Both the position numbers and the translations under genes were made by a program. A stretch of 64,000 bases of DNA from Chrysomallon squamiferum. Taxonomy: Eukaryota > Animalia > Mollusca. The DNA lies in the NCBI GenBank assembly GCA_012295275.1, contig CM022665.1, positions 22,754,001 to 22,818,000 of the forward strand, read 5' to 3'. The notes beneath the pieces are model-generated. The model did not search any database. It was not told the origin of the DNA and saw nothing but the letters and a program-made list of their open reading frames with translations. Of the stretch, positions 40,683 to 53,287 are shown in pieces. Every line of letters begins with the position of its first letter. The first letter of the stretch is position 1.

Positions 40683-42026
40683 GTCTCTTTTTCAAAGCGA
40701 ATTAAAATGATAAAAAATTAAAAGATTTGTTCTTCACAGATAGTGGCATAATTTATAACCTTTTTTGCAATAAATAAAATTTTGTCGGCATTATCTTACC
40801 ATAATTATGATTATAACTTATTTTCAGACTCTTTCTGTCTGTCAGTCACCGTCCGTGTTCGACTCATTCTGTAAATTTGAATCTATTTTTATTTTCTTAT
40901 CAACAGGTCAGCGAACAATAAAAATGACGTGAAAAGAAAACGTGAAAGATAACAGCTATTACTAAATTCACTTAATCTTAACGCGAAGCATACGAATTTT
41001 TCAATAAAATTAATAAATGAATAAATTAAATTTAAAATTAAATAAATAAATTAAAAACATATATGGACATATTTTTCAATTAAAGACGAGAAGATTATTA
41101 TTTTTTTTTTAAAAGAAAAAGGAATGGCAGAAAAATCAAGCCTGAAAGCTATTCCACAGTGAAAGAAACCCATGATTATAGCTCATATAAGTATTTATCT
41201 TTGTCATATGAAATGAGATTGGTGACATTTATATTGCAAAGAAAACGTAATCAATCATTTCTCGCGGGAAAGGCTTGCATTACAAGTGATTATTCCAAAC
41301 TTAAACATGTAGTACAGATATAGTCTGTCGTTTTCCTTTGCCTAACCTTTCTAATGAACAAGTATAAATAGTATTAGGTTTCTTAAAAAAAAAAAAAAAA
41401 AAAAAAATATGAAAGTCAACTTGCTAAAATGCTTTCAGGTAAGAAAAAAGAAGAAAAAGAAAAAGTAAAAAACATTTTTTTTATCGTTAAGAAATAACAT
41501 GAAATTTATTGATACACTGTAATAATGAACATAATATGAATTAAGGTTTAATGTTCGCTAGTCAATAGCCCGACTTCATTTCATATGAATAGTGCAATAT
41601 TAAACTATAATAATTTCTGATAATCATGTTATTTAAGTGTGAAAAATAATACCTACTACATATGTTATGGGAAAGACATTTTCCATACCCGTGAACAGAA
41701 TTTATACAGCTGTAATTTATAAATAGATATAATTATATTAAGTGTGTGTGTGTGTGTGTTATTGTAATAAAAAGTTGGAATAGAACTATTTGTATTTGGA
41801 AATAATTTAGCATAGGAAATTTAAAAAGGGCAATAAATAAATAAAATAAAATATTTTAAAAATTACGTTTAAAACAAAAAAATTAAATAAATAAATTAAT
41901 AAATAAAGTAGAGTGAAAACCATATAATCAGTCAGTGCTTTACGCGTTACATAAAATGCGATTGAAGGGAGGCAATCTGAATCTTTGGTAGCGATCAGAA
42001 AGGCAAACTGTAGTCTAAGTGAAACG

Positions 42027-42028
<2 letters not shown>

Positions 42029-42084
<56 letters not shown>
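42029..42084. repeat. (TAA)n microsatellite
   Basis: Uninterrupted TAA run. Confidence 0.9.
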
Positions 42085-42087
<3 letters not shown>

Positions 42088-42840
42088 TAAAATTCTTTTA
42101 CTCATTTGAAATTATCTTACTGTTTCTTTCACTGGGTTGCCATTTCTCATGGCCATTGTGTTGTTCTTTGCCTTTAGTAATAGTAGCAATGCTAACGCAT
42201 TTTTTTAAAAATTGTCTAATGATGTATTCTATAATTTCTATCTCAACAAAAACAAAACCAATCCCTAAAACTTTTTAAAGATATCTGTAATAGTGTAAAA
42301 TATATCGTATTTCAAAGTTTTCAAAAATCCACTTTCCCTGTATCGGGTATTTTTATTTTATTTTTTTCCTATTATTTTGTTGTTTACTTTGCAGACGACC
42401 GTTTAGAGTGATTATTATTTATTTATTTTTCATGAACCGGGCACTACCGCTTCACGTCAGATGGCTGTTAAACAATAAATACGGTGGTTATTTGTCAAAC
42501 AAAAGGAAGAATGTGAAAGCAGATATGTCTAAATGTTCCATTTAAATAATCTATTCAGCGTAATTGACGGTTTTCGTTTTTTACGATCTTTTTTTCTTCT
42601 AATATTCAGTTGTCATTTTTAAACCTATTTCCCTGTTTCGCTTTATTTTATGATCCCTAACTTGTCTTTGTTTACAATTTTTTTTTTTATTATTATTTTT
42701 ATTATTTTTTGTTGTTGCTATTTATTTATTTAAGAAATAAATATTTAAGTCAGTGATTCTCAAAGGGTGTGCCTTTTTTACGTGTCCATCGTGAAATCTG
42801 TGGATCAGTTTTCCATTTTAAACCTTCGTACTCTACTGAC

Positions 42841-42932
42841 AAAATAATAAAATAAATAAATAAATAAATAAATAAATAAAAATAAAGATAAAAATAAAAT
42901 AAAATAAAATAAAAAATAAAATAAAAAATAAA

Positions 42933-42977
<45 letters not shown>

Positions 42978-43012
42978 AATAAATAAATAAATAAAATTAA
43001 ATAAATAAATAA
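42841..43012. repeat. Compound (TAAA)n/(TAAAA)n/(TAA)n low-complexity tract
   Basis: Visible A/T simple repeats; explains spurious ORFs 42750..43054. Confidence 0.85.
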
Positions 43013-43420
43013 AGAAGACGCAAAACATTTAAACAAGGAAACAGAACAAAACAAAATTGGTTTATAAAATATCCGTGGTATATACTACTTTCTCTTGAGA
43101 TAAAAAAAGAAATAAATAAATAAAAGGAAAGAAAAGTGCAGCATCTAACAAACAGTGGAAGCGGGATTCTTCTGATCATCAGTATAATTTTTACATTTAT
43201 AATATGATCTCCTTATACTGTAGACTTGTAGTCATTAAATAAAACAGTTTTCTTTCCTACGAGTGATCATGAAATGAGAAATTATTTTAGGATAACCGAG
43301 TCTTTTTGTGAACTACTTTCATGTAATCGAGACTAACGTTATTTGTATAACACATTATTGTTTATCTTTGTATGTGCACATACATCCATGAATCAATGTT
43401 CATTCCAGCTACAAACTGCT

Positions 43421-43428
43421 TCACGTGA
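43421..43428. promoter_or_regulatory. Palindromic E-box TCACGTGA (USF/MITF-TFE type) in phnW-like promoter
   Basis: Perfect 8-bp palindrome about 90 nt upstream of the ATG, in a CpG-retaining patch. Confidence 0.4.
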
Positions 43429-43517
43429 TCAGAGACGTTGACACGTTGTGACATTTGCATTACGAGACCCATATAACTGACCTAGCTGCTGGCAGAGTGT
43501 TTGCATGAAAATCGGCC

Positions 43518-43671
43518 ATGAAGTGGATACGCACACCGTCGTTATCTTTATTTTGTCATCTGAAATCGTCAATTTGTGTTCACACGAATGCAGGTTTAAA
43601 TAACCTGCATTTAGATCAAAGCAGAATTTGTCGTTTTCGCAGTTTTGCAACATCAGCTATGAGTTTTAATG
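43518..43671 (+). CDS. phnW: PhnW-like exon 1 (putative mitochondrial targeting peptide)
   Basis: gccATG start, G|gtaata donor in phase 1, in frame with exon 2; Arg/Ser-rich with one acidic residue, RFRSFATS. Confidence 0.75.
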
Positions 43672-46600
43672 GTAATAACACATTTGGTAGTTTAGATGGT
43701 TATATTTTTAAAAATAAAAATTGATTCAGAAGTGTATATTATAATATTTAATAAAATGTATTTAATATAAATATGTTGGATTAAACTTGATAATGAATAG
43801 ATATGGCTTTATATTATAACATGGGCATTATATTTTATAGACCAATAAAATAATAACGATAAAAACAAATAATAGAGCTTTTGAATACATAATTAACTAA
43901 TTCAGCATACATTTATTTTAATCAGCTTTATGTTTAAATGGTTGATAGAATTCCTTTTGTATATACATTTTGTGTAAGAGGAAACTTTTTGTTCATCAGT
44001 GTAAATTTCTGATTAATTCTTATATGTACCTGATATTGTATAATCATAAACAACTGCTAAACTTTTGAATTAATTTTTTTTGGTATGTGATCTATGCTTC
44101 ACAGAACTACTTTGGCATGCGATGTACAACTTAAAGGGTAATCTACAGCAAAAAAAAATATGTAGGAAATTTTTGTAAGATAAGATGAGAAGGGATAATT
44201 ATACAGGAAATATCAGTTTGTCCTAGCTTGGATTGGAAATGGATTACATAGGCAAACCCTAAAGATTTTGGCTAAAGATTTTTTACAAAGTGATCAAGCA
44301 ATTGAAAGATCCTGGTTGGTTATGAAAATTTGTATTTTGAAAAAGATGAGAGGAGTGAACCAAAGAACCTTCCAATCACACCTTGGTTATTTCTGTTGGC
44401 TATAGAATTCATCAACAAACTTATTCAAATTTGTATTCTTTTTAGTCCTTGTTCCTTTAAATTATAAATAAATAATAAAAGGAAAATTTGTTTCAAATAT
44501 CTCATGAAAAATAATAATAAAAAACCAAGAATAAACAAAATAATAATTAAAATAAGCATGTAGATCACACACCAAAGTAGAATTTGCTTGCTGTAGATCA
44601 CTAGATTGAGTAGATCACATGCCATTGTACCTCCATTTTTTCTAACAATATTCCTTACTAATTTAATTATCCATTAATATATTCTTAAAGAAACAAAATG
44701 CTCTAGGTATACTGCCTTTAAGCTGAGGAAATTTATTAAGGGTCTTTGTTATTTCAGGAAAAAAGCTGTTTACACCAGGTCCACTTGGAACATCCATGAC
44801 TGTGAAACAAGCCATGCTGAGGGATGTTGGATCAAGAGACACGGATTTCATTCAGAGTGTGAAAGAAATCAGATCAAAATTACTACAGATTGCAGGCAGG
44901 CTTCTTACACATAAAATCTGTTTCCAAGGGTAACAGGAAGTGTTGCATAAATACATATGTAAAATTTAATTTTCACTCATTTTTATGGTTGTTGTATTTT
45001 AAACCTTGATACTTTTCATTTGTTACTAACTCTTTATTTTTCCTTCAGATATGCCCAGGTGTTTTATTACTCAAGATAATTAGAGACTTTAATAATATCG
45101 CAAGGAGTGAATAATTTATTATTTATTGAGAATATTTACATATACTATTTACAGTTAGACTTAATAAGGTGATATCTTTTTTTTCAGGAGTGTCCTCCGA
45201 TGGTTTTACATGTATTCCACTGCAGGGCAGTGGAACATTTGCTATTGAAGCTGTTCTACAAACCACTGTGCCAAGGCAGAATGGAAAGGTGAGAAGCTCT
45301 TACACAATTTTCTTTTTATAACCATAAGTAAAAAATAATTCAATGCAACCATTAAATTAAATTCAGAAATTCATTTTGCTTTACACATTAAAACCAGATG
45401 CATTAATAGTTCTCTTCCTGTGATTTCAGTTAGGTGTCTCACATGAAAAAAGTAGTGACTATATTAGTTTTACTGACTGTATTTAATCTTTACATTTAAA
45501 ATAAATTATATTTTTAAAGTAAGATTTCTTTAAAGTTAATAAATAGCATGAATATTCAACTTGTACAAAATTTAATATCAAATTACAAAAGAACATTAGA
45601 AAGGAATAAGCTAATTTATATAGCAAATAAATCATCTTCTGGTGATCATATTAGCAGTCAGAAATGAAGAAAATAGTGGTTGTATCTGTTATACAAACTG
45701 TATTTAATATTATCATTAGATTTATAGTAACTTATCTTTTTAAGATAAATTCCTGAATGCATAAATATTCAGCTGTATAAAATTTAATAAGAGATTATGT
45801 AAAAATATAAGAAATGTATATAGGAAAGTAAATGTTAAAAAATGAAATTATGGATGAAAATCAAATTCAAATCTTTTCTTTTTTCAAGATTTGCTATGTA
45901 GGCAATGCAGCAAAACACTGATGTAAATATGAAAACAATTAAATTGTAAAATACTATGAATGTCTGCATGTATTTATTGAATGCTAACTTGACTGCAGGT
46001 ACTGATAGCTGCAAATGGAGCCTATGGTAAAAGAATGGGTAAAATATGCGAAGTTGCTTCCATTCCATATCAAATAGAACATTTTGCCGAGGATTCTGCT
46101 GTAGAACCTTCTAGGATTGAGCAGATTTTAAAGGCAGATAACTCTTTCACACATGTAAGCATAGTGCACTGTGAGACTAGCTCTGGTGTGTTTAATCCAG
46201 TTGAAGAAGTGGGAGTTATTGTCAAGAAATACATTCCAAGTATGAAATTGTCTTTTATTTTCAGTATTTTTAGAAAAACAAACCTTCTGCTTTATCTAAA
46301 TCTGCCCCAAAACACACAAAAAAACCCCAACCCCCCCAAAAAAAACCTCCAAAATAATAATAATTTAAAAAAACAGAAAAAAGAATAATAATGTTTTAAA
46401 AAAATAAAAATAAATAAGAATAAAAATTTTAAATCTAAAGTTTATATTAACACTTATAAAATTGTTTCCTAAGAGCTCTTTATAATATTTGTTTCAGTAC
46501 CAGCAAAACTGTACATTTTTAATCACTAAATATTAAATCATTTTACAGTCACATTTCAGATACAGCAATACTTCTAAAATAATTTAAAATAGTTCAAAAT

Positions 46601-49600
46601 GTGTTTTATTTATTATAAAAACAATTAAAACCAAAAATTCTTTTTCTTTCTTATTTTTAAATTAAAAACAAATAACAAATCTGTTATTTAACTATCATTA
46701 TTCTGTACAAATGAAAAGATATTTTTTGTAATAAAAATTATTTATTTATTATTGGATAGTTTATAATTTGTATTTAATTGTAGAGGCCTCCTACTTTGTT
46801 GACTCAATGAGTAGTTTTGGTGCTGTGCCTTTAAACTTTAGTCGAGGTCATGTAGATTATTTAGTGACTTCTGCGAACAAATGTATGGAAGGAGTTCCTG
46901 GATTCTCCATTATCATTGCTAACAAACACAAATTGGCAAAGTGCAAAGGTAAGATAACTTATTAATTACAGAGATAAAAAAGTGTATAACTAATTCATGT
47001 CTACATATTCAGAATGAATGTGAAAAAAAGCATATGAAATAACTGTTAAATAAAAAATTCAAAGAAAAATTTAAAAATGTAATTTGCAGATCAGTTGGTG
47101 TTGACAATTTAAAAATTAAAATTAATATGATTTCAGATTTGAAAGATTATTTAAAACTGTACAGCTAGCCTTTATAATGATAATTATTATTTATGTGTTC
47201 ACTTACTTTTTCCACTTGACCTTCTTTGATATTTTAATGATTATTAATTTCTAAACATTTAATGTTATATAAGTGAACATATTTTTGATACAGGTACCAA
47301 ACCATTTATCCTGCAAGCTTTGCATCAGAGCTGATTTAGAGTTCTGGATTTTCCTATTTTCAAGATCATGGTTTAATATAATATTAAAATATAAAACAAA
47401 CAATGAAAAGTAATGTAACAAAATTGTATTTAACAGATAGAAATTAATACACTTCTTATAAAGCAAGCTTTCAGATAATTCTGTTCTTCTAGGAACTGGA
47501 TACATGGTCTGGTATCTGTATTTGTTTTTGATTTCATCACATTTAATAATTATCTTCCATGTACATTTTTGGTTATAAATACGAATTATATGAGTTTAGT
47601 TGTAAGGTAATTTCATTAGAATCATTTGAAGTACTTGATGACTTTAGCTAAAATTAATTATCTTTAGTTTTATATGGTGCTCTAAATCTCTAAATATGAT
47701 AATTATAATTTACCTGAAGTTGATAATTTGACATTTGATTTAAAGATCTAAAATTTGAAGATATGAATTTGATTTATCAGTTTAAAAATTTTCTTTAAAT
47801 TTTTATTTTTATGATTTCTTATGACATGCTAAAATTTAATTGGTCTTTGCTTGGTGTAAGATGATTTTACCAATTTTCAGTTTATTCTGTGTAAAATTTA
47901 TCTATTTAGTACTGACTTTAATTATTACTGACACAATAATATTTAAACAAAAAACAAAAAATATTTTCTTATTTATCATAAAGTTGTATAGTAGTTGTCT
48001 ATACAAATATTGTTTTAATATTTGTATAGTAGTTGTCTATACAAATATTGTTTTAATATTAACATAAAAATGAAGTGTAATTTCTTCTTTTTACAGGTGT
48101 TTCCAGAAGTTTGAGCTTTGATCTGTTTGAACAGGATGAAGGTTTGAATAGCAATGGTCAGTTTCGTTTCACACCAGCCACCCACTCCATGCTGGCTTTC
48201 AAACAGGCCATTGCTGAGTTTGATGCTGAAGGTGGATTGGAAGGCCGCTCAAGGAGGTTAGTTTATTGTTTATATCTTATAAAATAGAAAGAGAAGGTAT
48301 ATATGAACAAATGGATAAAATATTTTTGCTAATAGTTAATATAAATATTCCATCGTATATTTTCTTTTATAATAATGATATAAAATAAAAAACCTTCTCT
48401 CCATTTAAAAAATTTTTAACATGCACATTTCTGCATGGAAAAGCACATTCCTTGGCAGTTGATAAACCATTAATGAGACACTGACTTCTGATACATTTAT
48501 GAAACACTAGCTTTTCATAAACTATTCATGAGATAATGGCTTTTCAGAAACTACATGGCTCCATTAAAGAGAGAGTATATTGCAATAATATGGATTTTAT
48601 GACTTAAACCAAGTTACTGCCTGAATATACTACTAAAACATCAAATCTTGATAATTTGCATAATTTATACATTGATATATTTCTGAAGTTATGCACTAAC
48701 ATAATTTTATTTTATATTACAGATATAAAGAAAATCGAGAGATTCTTAGAAAGGGTATGACAAAATTGGGCTTCAAGGAGCTCCTGGATGAGAAAATTTC
48801 AGGTTACATCATCACATCATATCACTACCCTAAAGATCCAAACTTCAGCTTCACCGAGTTCTACAATAGACTCAATGAAAAAGGTAAAACATTACTGCTT
48901 TGTTTAATAAATAGTTTGTTCATAGTCACATATACAGCTATATAAGTAATTCACATTCTACTCATGAACTGACCTCTTCAAAACTTTGATTTAAGTTAGA
49001 AGTAGATGATATCTGGTCATCATACTGGACTGTTACACAGGAGATTCTGTTATTACTCAGTTTATTGTGACCATTAACGCACTTATGAAAAAGAGTATGT
49101 AATTATCTGCTTTAAGAATTCTCAATCAGAACTGACAAATATATCTTCAGATTTTGATTTGGTCAAGATATTAAATCTGCTTTAAAAATGATTTCTACTT
49201 ATTTATCAAAAGTGCAGAATTTTTAATCATTATAAACAAGCTTAAGCAATTTTCTAATTACTAAGGTGTGAACTCTCACTTTGAATTGGTAACTTTTATC
49301 AATATTAATTTTTGACTGAATGGCAGTTTCTGTAAATAAATTGATGCTTAATGAAACTAAACAATATACACACAAAAAGTGTCCATTCTGAACTATTTAG
49401 TGATTGATGGCTTTCTGAATATCATTTGTTCAATCATACAAGTTCAAATTGCTTAAAGAGTACCAAAATGTTTTGAACAATGTATCAAATGAGACTTAAT
49501 GTTTATTACAGTTATCTTTATCACCAGTGAGCAAATAATCATCACCACTGGCAACCACATACCACCCAAAATACCCCAACAATAATAATAATAATTAAAA

Positions 49601-49798
49601 ACAATTTCTTAATGTTCTTTGATTTCATAATGTTCTCTATTTTCAGGTGATGTCATATATCCAGGAAAGGTATTGAAATTGGACTGTTTCAGGATTGGGA
49701 ACATAGGACATCTGTATCCAAAAGACATGGAGAATCTGCTGATTAACATTGAGCAAGTGTGTCATGACATGAATATCAAGCTGCCTATTCAGAACTAA
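43518..49798 (+). CDS. phnW: 2-aminoethylphosphonate--pyruvate transaminase (class V PLP aminotransferase), 423 aa, with N-terminal presequence-like extension
   Basis: Join(43518-43671, 44758-44895, 45188-45288, 45999-46239, 46784-46948, 48097-48256, 48723-48883, 49647-49798) = 1272 nt, phases consistent. Motifs [47 protein letters not shown] (PLP lysine), GQFRFTP, IYPGK and CFRIGNIG are colinear with bacterial PhnW. Confidence 0.95.
44758..44895 (+). CDS. phnW: PhnW-like exon 2 ([27 protein letters not shown]...LLQIA)
   Basis: tttcag| acceptor; the only nearby phase-compatible donor is non-canonical CAG|gcaggc. Confidence 0.88.
45188..45288 (+). CDS. phnW: PhnW-like exon 3 ([33 protein letters not shown])
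   Basis: ttttcag| acceptor, AAG|gtgaga donor. Confidence 0.94.
45999..46239 (+). CDS. phnW: PhnW-like exon 4 ([13 protein letters not shown]...VHCETSSG...KKYIP)
   Basis: Branch-like gctaac then ctgcag| acceptor, A|gtatga donor. Confidence 0.94.
46784..46948 (+). CDS. phnW: PhnW-like exon 5 ([12 protein letters not shown]...[11 protein letters not shown]...KCK)
   Basis: ttgtag| acceptor, AAG|gtaaga donor; contains the PLP-binding lysine. Confidence 0.95.
47984..48059. repeat. Exact 38-bp tandem duplication with internal inverted repeats
   Basis: ttgtatagtagttgtctatacaaatattgttttaatat x2 (47984-48021, 48022-48059). Confidence 0.9.
48097..48256 (+). CDS. phnW: PhnW-like exon 6 ([12 protein letters not shown]...[10 protein letters not shown]...EGGLEGRSR)
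   Basis: ttacag| acceptor, AG|gttagt donor. Confidence 0.95.
48723..48883 (+). CDS. phnW: PhnW-like exon 7 ([17 protein letters not shown]...FYNRLNEK)
   Basis: ttacag| acceptor, AAG|gtaaaa donor. Confidence 0.95.
49647..49798 (+). CDS. phnW: PhnW-like exon 8 ([26 protein letters not shown]...LPIQN*)
   Basis: tttcag| acceptor, TAA stop at 49796-49798. Confidence 0.95.
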
Positions 49799-50900
49799 TA
49801 TTCAGCTGCTGATTAGTTACAGAGTCAATTATCTGGGTTCAGGCGTTATATGATTTAAAATGTTTACAAGACCTACGCATTTAGAGACTCTAGACATAGT
49901 ACAGAATGGCTTTATCTTTATAAAATGCATGTTGATTATTACTGAAGAATTACTTTTATGGGAAATATTGATGATTGCAAACAATTAGTATGTTTCATTT
50001 TATTTTTGTGTAGAAAATTTAAAAATTTACATCCACATGGATACTGAATGTTTTCTGATATGATGAAAGTAAAATAGTTATTCCTTGATGGAAATATAAT
50101 TTTTGACAAATTTATCAATTAGGTATTTTATTTAATTATTTTTAATGTATTTATATTAATTAACGAAAATTATCCTTGATTGACTTACACAACAGAAGAT
50201 ATAAAATTAAATAGCCTTTCAATGACTTAATATTCCAAAACTCAATTAGAAATTTATAAACTGGAGCCCAGAGCTCATTTGTTTTTACAAACTAGTGATG
50301 CATATTTTTCATATTAAATATATGATCCTCTTTTTGCTTGTAATAATATAACTAACTTTTATTATTCATATTTAACAGTATAAAATTTTAGAATTATTAA
50401 TTGTAAATTTCATAGGATTAAATAATAGATTTTGTACATTCAGTTACAATAATCATTTTCATTTTAAAATTTAGTTAGAGGCCTATTGTTGCAAAATACC
50501 GTGGGATTATTTTTGTTACTTTCTTTTTATTTCTTTTTAATTAATTATTTTGCTTATGCAAATTTGGCTAATGAAATCAGTCTTGCACACTCAACTATGC
50601 AATATTTTATTAGATATACTGCTCAGTATGTGTCTGTGTATCATGTCTTTGTAACTAGAGGGTTTTAATCTTCAGGTATTTGGTAATCTTTATTACAAGT
50701 TTTTATGCTTGTTATATACATGGTTTTATTTTATTTAGCATCTTTATGATGTGGATTTTTTTTATTTTTTTTTTTATACATAATTATTTACGGAATGACA
50801 AAATTAGTATGATATATATTTTTGTTTATATATATATATATATATATATAAATTTAGATTAAGTTTTAGTTTTAAAATTGCATGACATTATTTTAGAAAG

Positions 50901-50936
<36 letters not shown>

Positions 50937-51230
50937 ATAAGGCTCATGCTTGTTTATAAAAGCTTTTGATTGAACTACATTCAGACATTCTTAATCCCTT
51001 TTTTCAGTATTAAATGATTGATTTCTTAGTTCATAATAGATACTTAGATAGGGTAAAAGTAAAAAATATTAAATTAAGTCTTTTTGTTATTCTTATATTA
51101 TTATTGTTATTATAATTATTTCTAAGTTCTATTCCTAATTCAATTATTATTGCTTTGATTATTACTCCTACTACTACCACTACTACTACAATAATTATTA
51201 TTATAATATGATAACTTACAGTATTAACAG

Positions 51231-51320
51231 AAGAAATGTTTTATTTAATAATTCTCTCAATGCATTGCATAAGGGATAAAGCTCATGCAGATACTGAGAG
51301 AGGAAATCATCTGATGGCAG
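51231..51320. mobile_element. Possible decayed SINE fragment (a second relic lies at about 11006-11135)
   Basis: aagaaatgttttatttaataattctctcaatgcatt aligns without gaps to aaggacatttttatttaagtgtagattcaacacatt at 11006-11041. It resembles, from memory and not from a search, an abundant gastropod SINE. Confidence 0.35.
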
Positions 51321-52996
51321 CTATTTTTAATTATTTTTTTTTTTGATCGCACCAAGACCGTTTTTTTCTGCTTTTTTTTTCATTTTATGCCTTGCAAACA
51401 TATTGTTAGAATAATTGAACTAGCTCTTTCTCAATCTATGGATATATATATATATATAATAATTTTCTCTTCTCCTTATATGTGTGATTTTCCTTTTAAT
51501 TAAATATTTTGTAGACAGCAAATCAAACATCGTAAATTTTGATAAACAAATTTAGAGACTATGGGCATGCTAAGTAATTAATTTTTTCATCTATCACCCA
51601 TAAAGGAAGATCACAGAGAACTATAAAATAAGTTTTGTTATCTATGCAAAATTAGTACCAATTCATATTTTTTTAAATGTTTTTTAAACTTGGTTAATTC
51701 TTGCTATAATTTTATTGCATGACCTATTAATATTGGCCATATTCACTTAATATTCAGGCACATTTGTTTTGTGCTTAGTCTTTGACATTGACATAATATT
51801 GTCTTTCATCAGATTCAATCCATGTGTCTGTTGTCTTTTTGTCTGGCGTGCAGTGCCTGCACTGTGATTTTACAGTCCTGGTCATTGCAACACATTGTGA
51901 TATTTGTTTACAACGCTGAAATCCATGTGATTTGTTAAGTATTAATATATTGTTATATTCAGACCAGTGGATCACACTCAATGGCTACAGGTTTGATCTT
52001 TTGATGGAGTCTGTTTTGTGTGTGGCTGAGAACACTAAAGTTTATAATAACATACACTGAATTTGCAGTGTAGTATTTTATTTGTCATTAATTGATTAAT
52101 TGGAGATCTCCATTTAATACTAAAGTACATGATAATGTTTATATATCTTTACGAATGGTCTTAATGTATATTTTTATATTCCATATTATTGATTTGCTCA
52201 TAAAATTTATTCTTTGCTAATAATATAGTATGGCAATTAAATTTGAGTGAATGAATGGATGCTGACATTTATACTTTTATTTTAGCATTCAGTTGATAAT
52301 ATATGAAACATGCTAGCGTCTGTGTTCAGCATGAGTATAGTTAAAGCAGTTAATTTGTTATTACTCAAAATACTTTCCTATATTGCATTAATATCCAGTT
52401 GTTGCTTTTATAAAGCTTACAAATTCATGCATTTTATTTTGACTTTAAAACATTGTTCCTTTTGTTTATATAACCATATCATATCAAACCTGTCTTTATA
52501 TATTTATCTTATTTTTCAGTTTTTTAATTTTATCTGTTCCATTTTGAAAAAAACTTTACAGTATTTGATTGCAAGACTGTTATGACTCTAAATTATATAT
52601 TTATCTTGTAATAATTATGTAATATTTTCTATTATGGTATATCAAACTTTAATAATTAAGTTTCAGTTTGATAATGCCAGTCTTGACTATTTTATGATCT
52701 GTTTGAATTATAGTTTTGTCATTTGAAACGCCTAGAGAATCTTTTTTTTCACAGGCTAACTCTAAATTAATTTTTAAATGATTTTTTTTTTTTTTTCTCA
52801 ATGTCTTATAGTATTATTTAGAGTTACTAATGATATAGTAATAATGTTTTAAAGCATTATTTAGTTGTATATTTCTAGTATCTACAGTTTTGTAATTGCT
52901 TTAATGTAGTTATATAATTTTTGGCTGTTAATTTCTTTGAAATAAAGTGGGTTATTAATTACATTTCTAGCTTAAATCTGATAGTTTGAGTTAAAG

Positions 52997-53287
52997 CACT
53001 GGTTTTCAACCTTTTTGACACCTCAACCCCTTATGAGCAACTCAGTCTGACAGAGGACCCCCTTAAAAGATTTTGATTCAATAATATCTTGGGTTACCAT
53101 ATTTTCATCAACCAAAGACAGTACAAAAGCAATCTATATTCACTATGACGGGTCCCAAACCTATCTACACGTTTTTATTTATTCCTCCTTCCAAGTCAAG
53201 TTGAAAAAAAGCTAAAAATACCCTCGCTCAAGACGATCTCGCGACCCCCAGAAAAAAGGTTGGGGACCCCCAGGTTGAAAACATATG
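52997..53287. mobile_element. Non-autonomous hAT/Charlie-like MITE, about 291 bp
   Basis: Left TIR CACTGGTTTTCAACCT; right TIR AGGTTGAAAACATATG (13/16 complementary). Subterminal GACCCC motifs. Imperfect 8-bp TSD agttaaag / tgttaaat (6/8). Confidence 0.8.

Noticed and set aside
41985-43179. Poly-N, poly-I and poly-L ORFs
   Set aside because: Translations of TAA/TAAA simple repeats.
44663-44851. Minus-strand 62-aa ORF
   Set aside because: Antisense shadow of phnW exon 2.
45049-45058. Possible 10-nt micro-exon (cag|ATATGCCCAG|gt) that might avoid the GC donor
   Set aside because: It does not restore phase 1 with either donor, and PhnW colinearity needs no insertion.
43518-49798. Bacterial contamination or recent horizontal transfer as the source of phnW
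   Set aside because: Seven spliceosomal introns, host-like composition and CpG depletion, and contiguity with metazoan genes.
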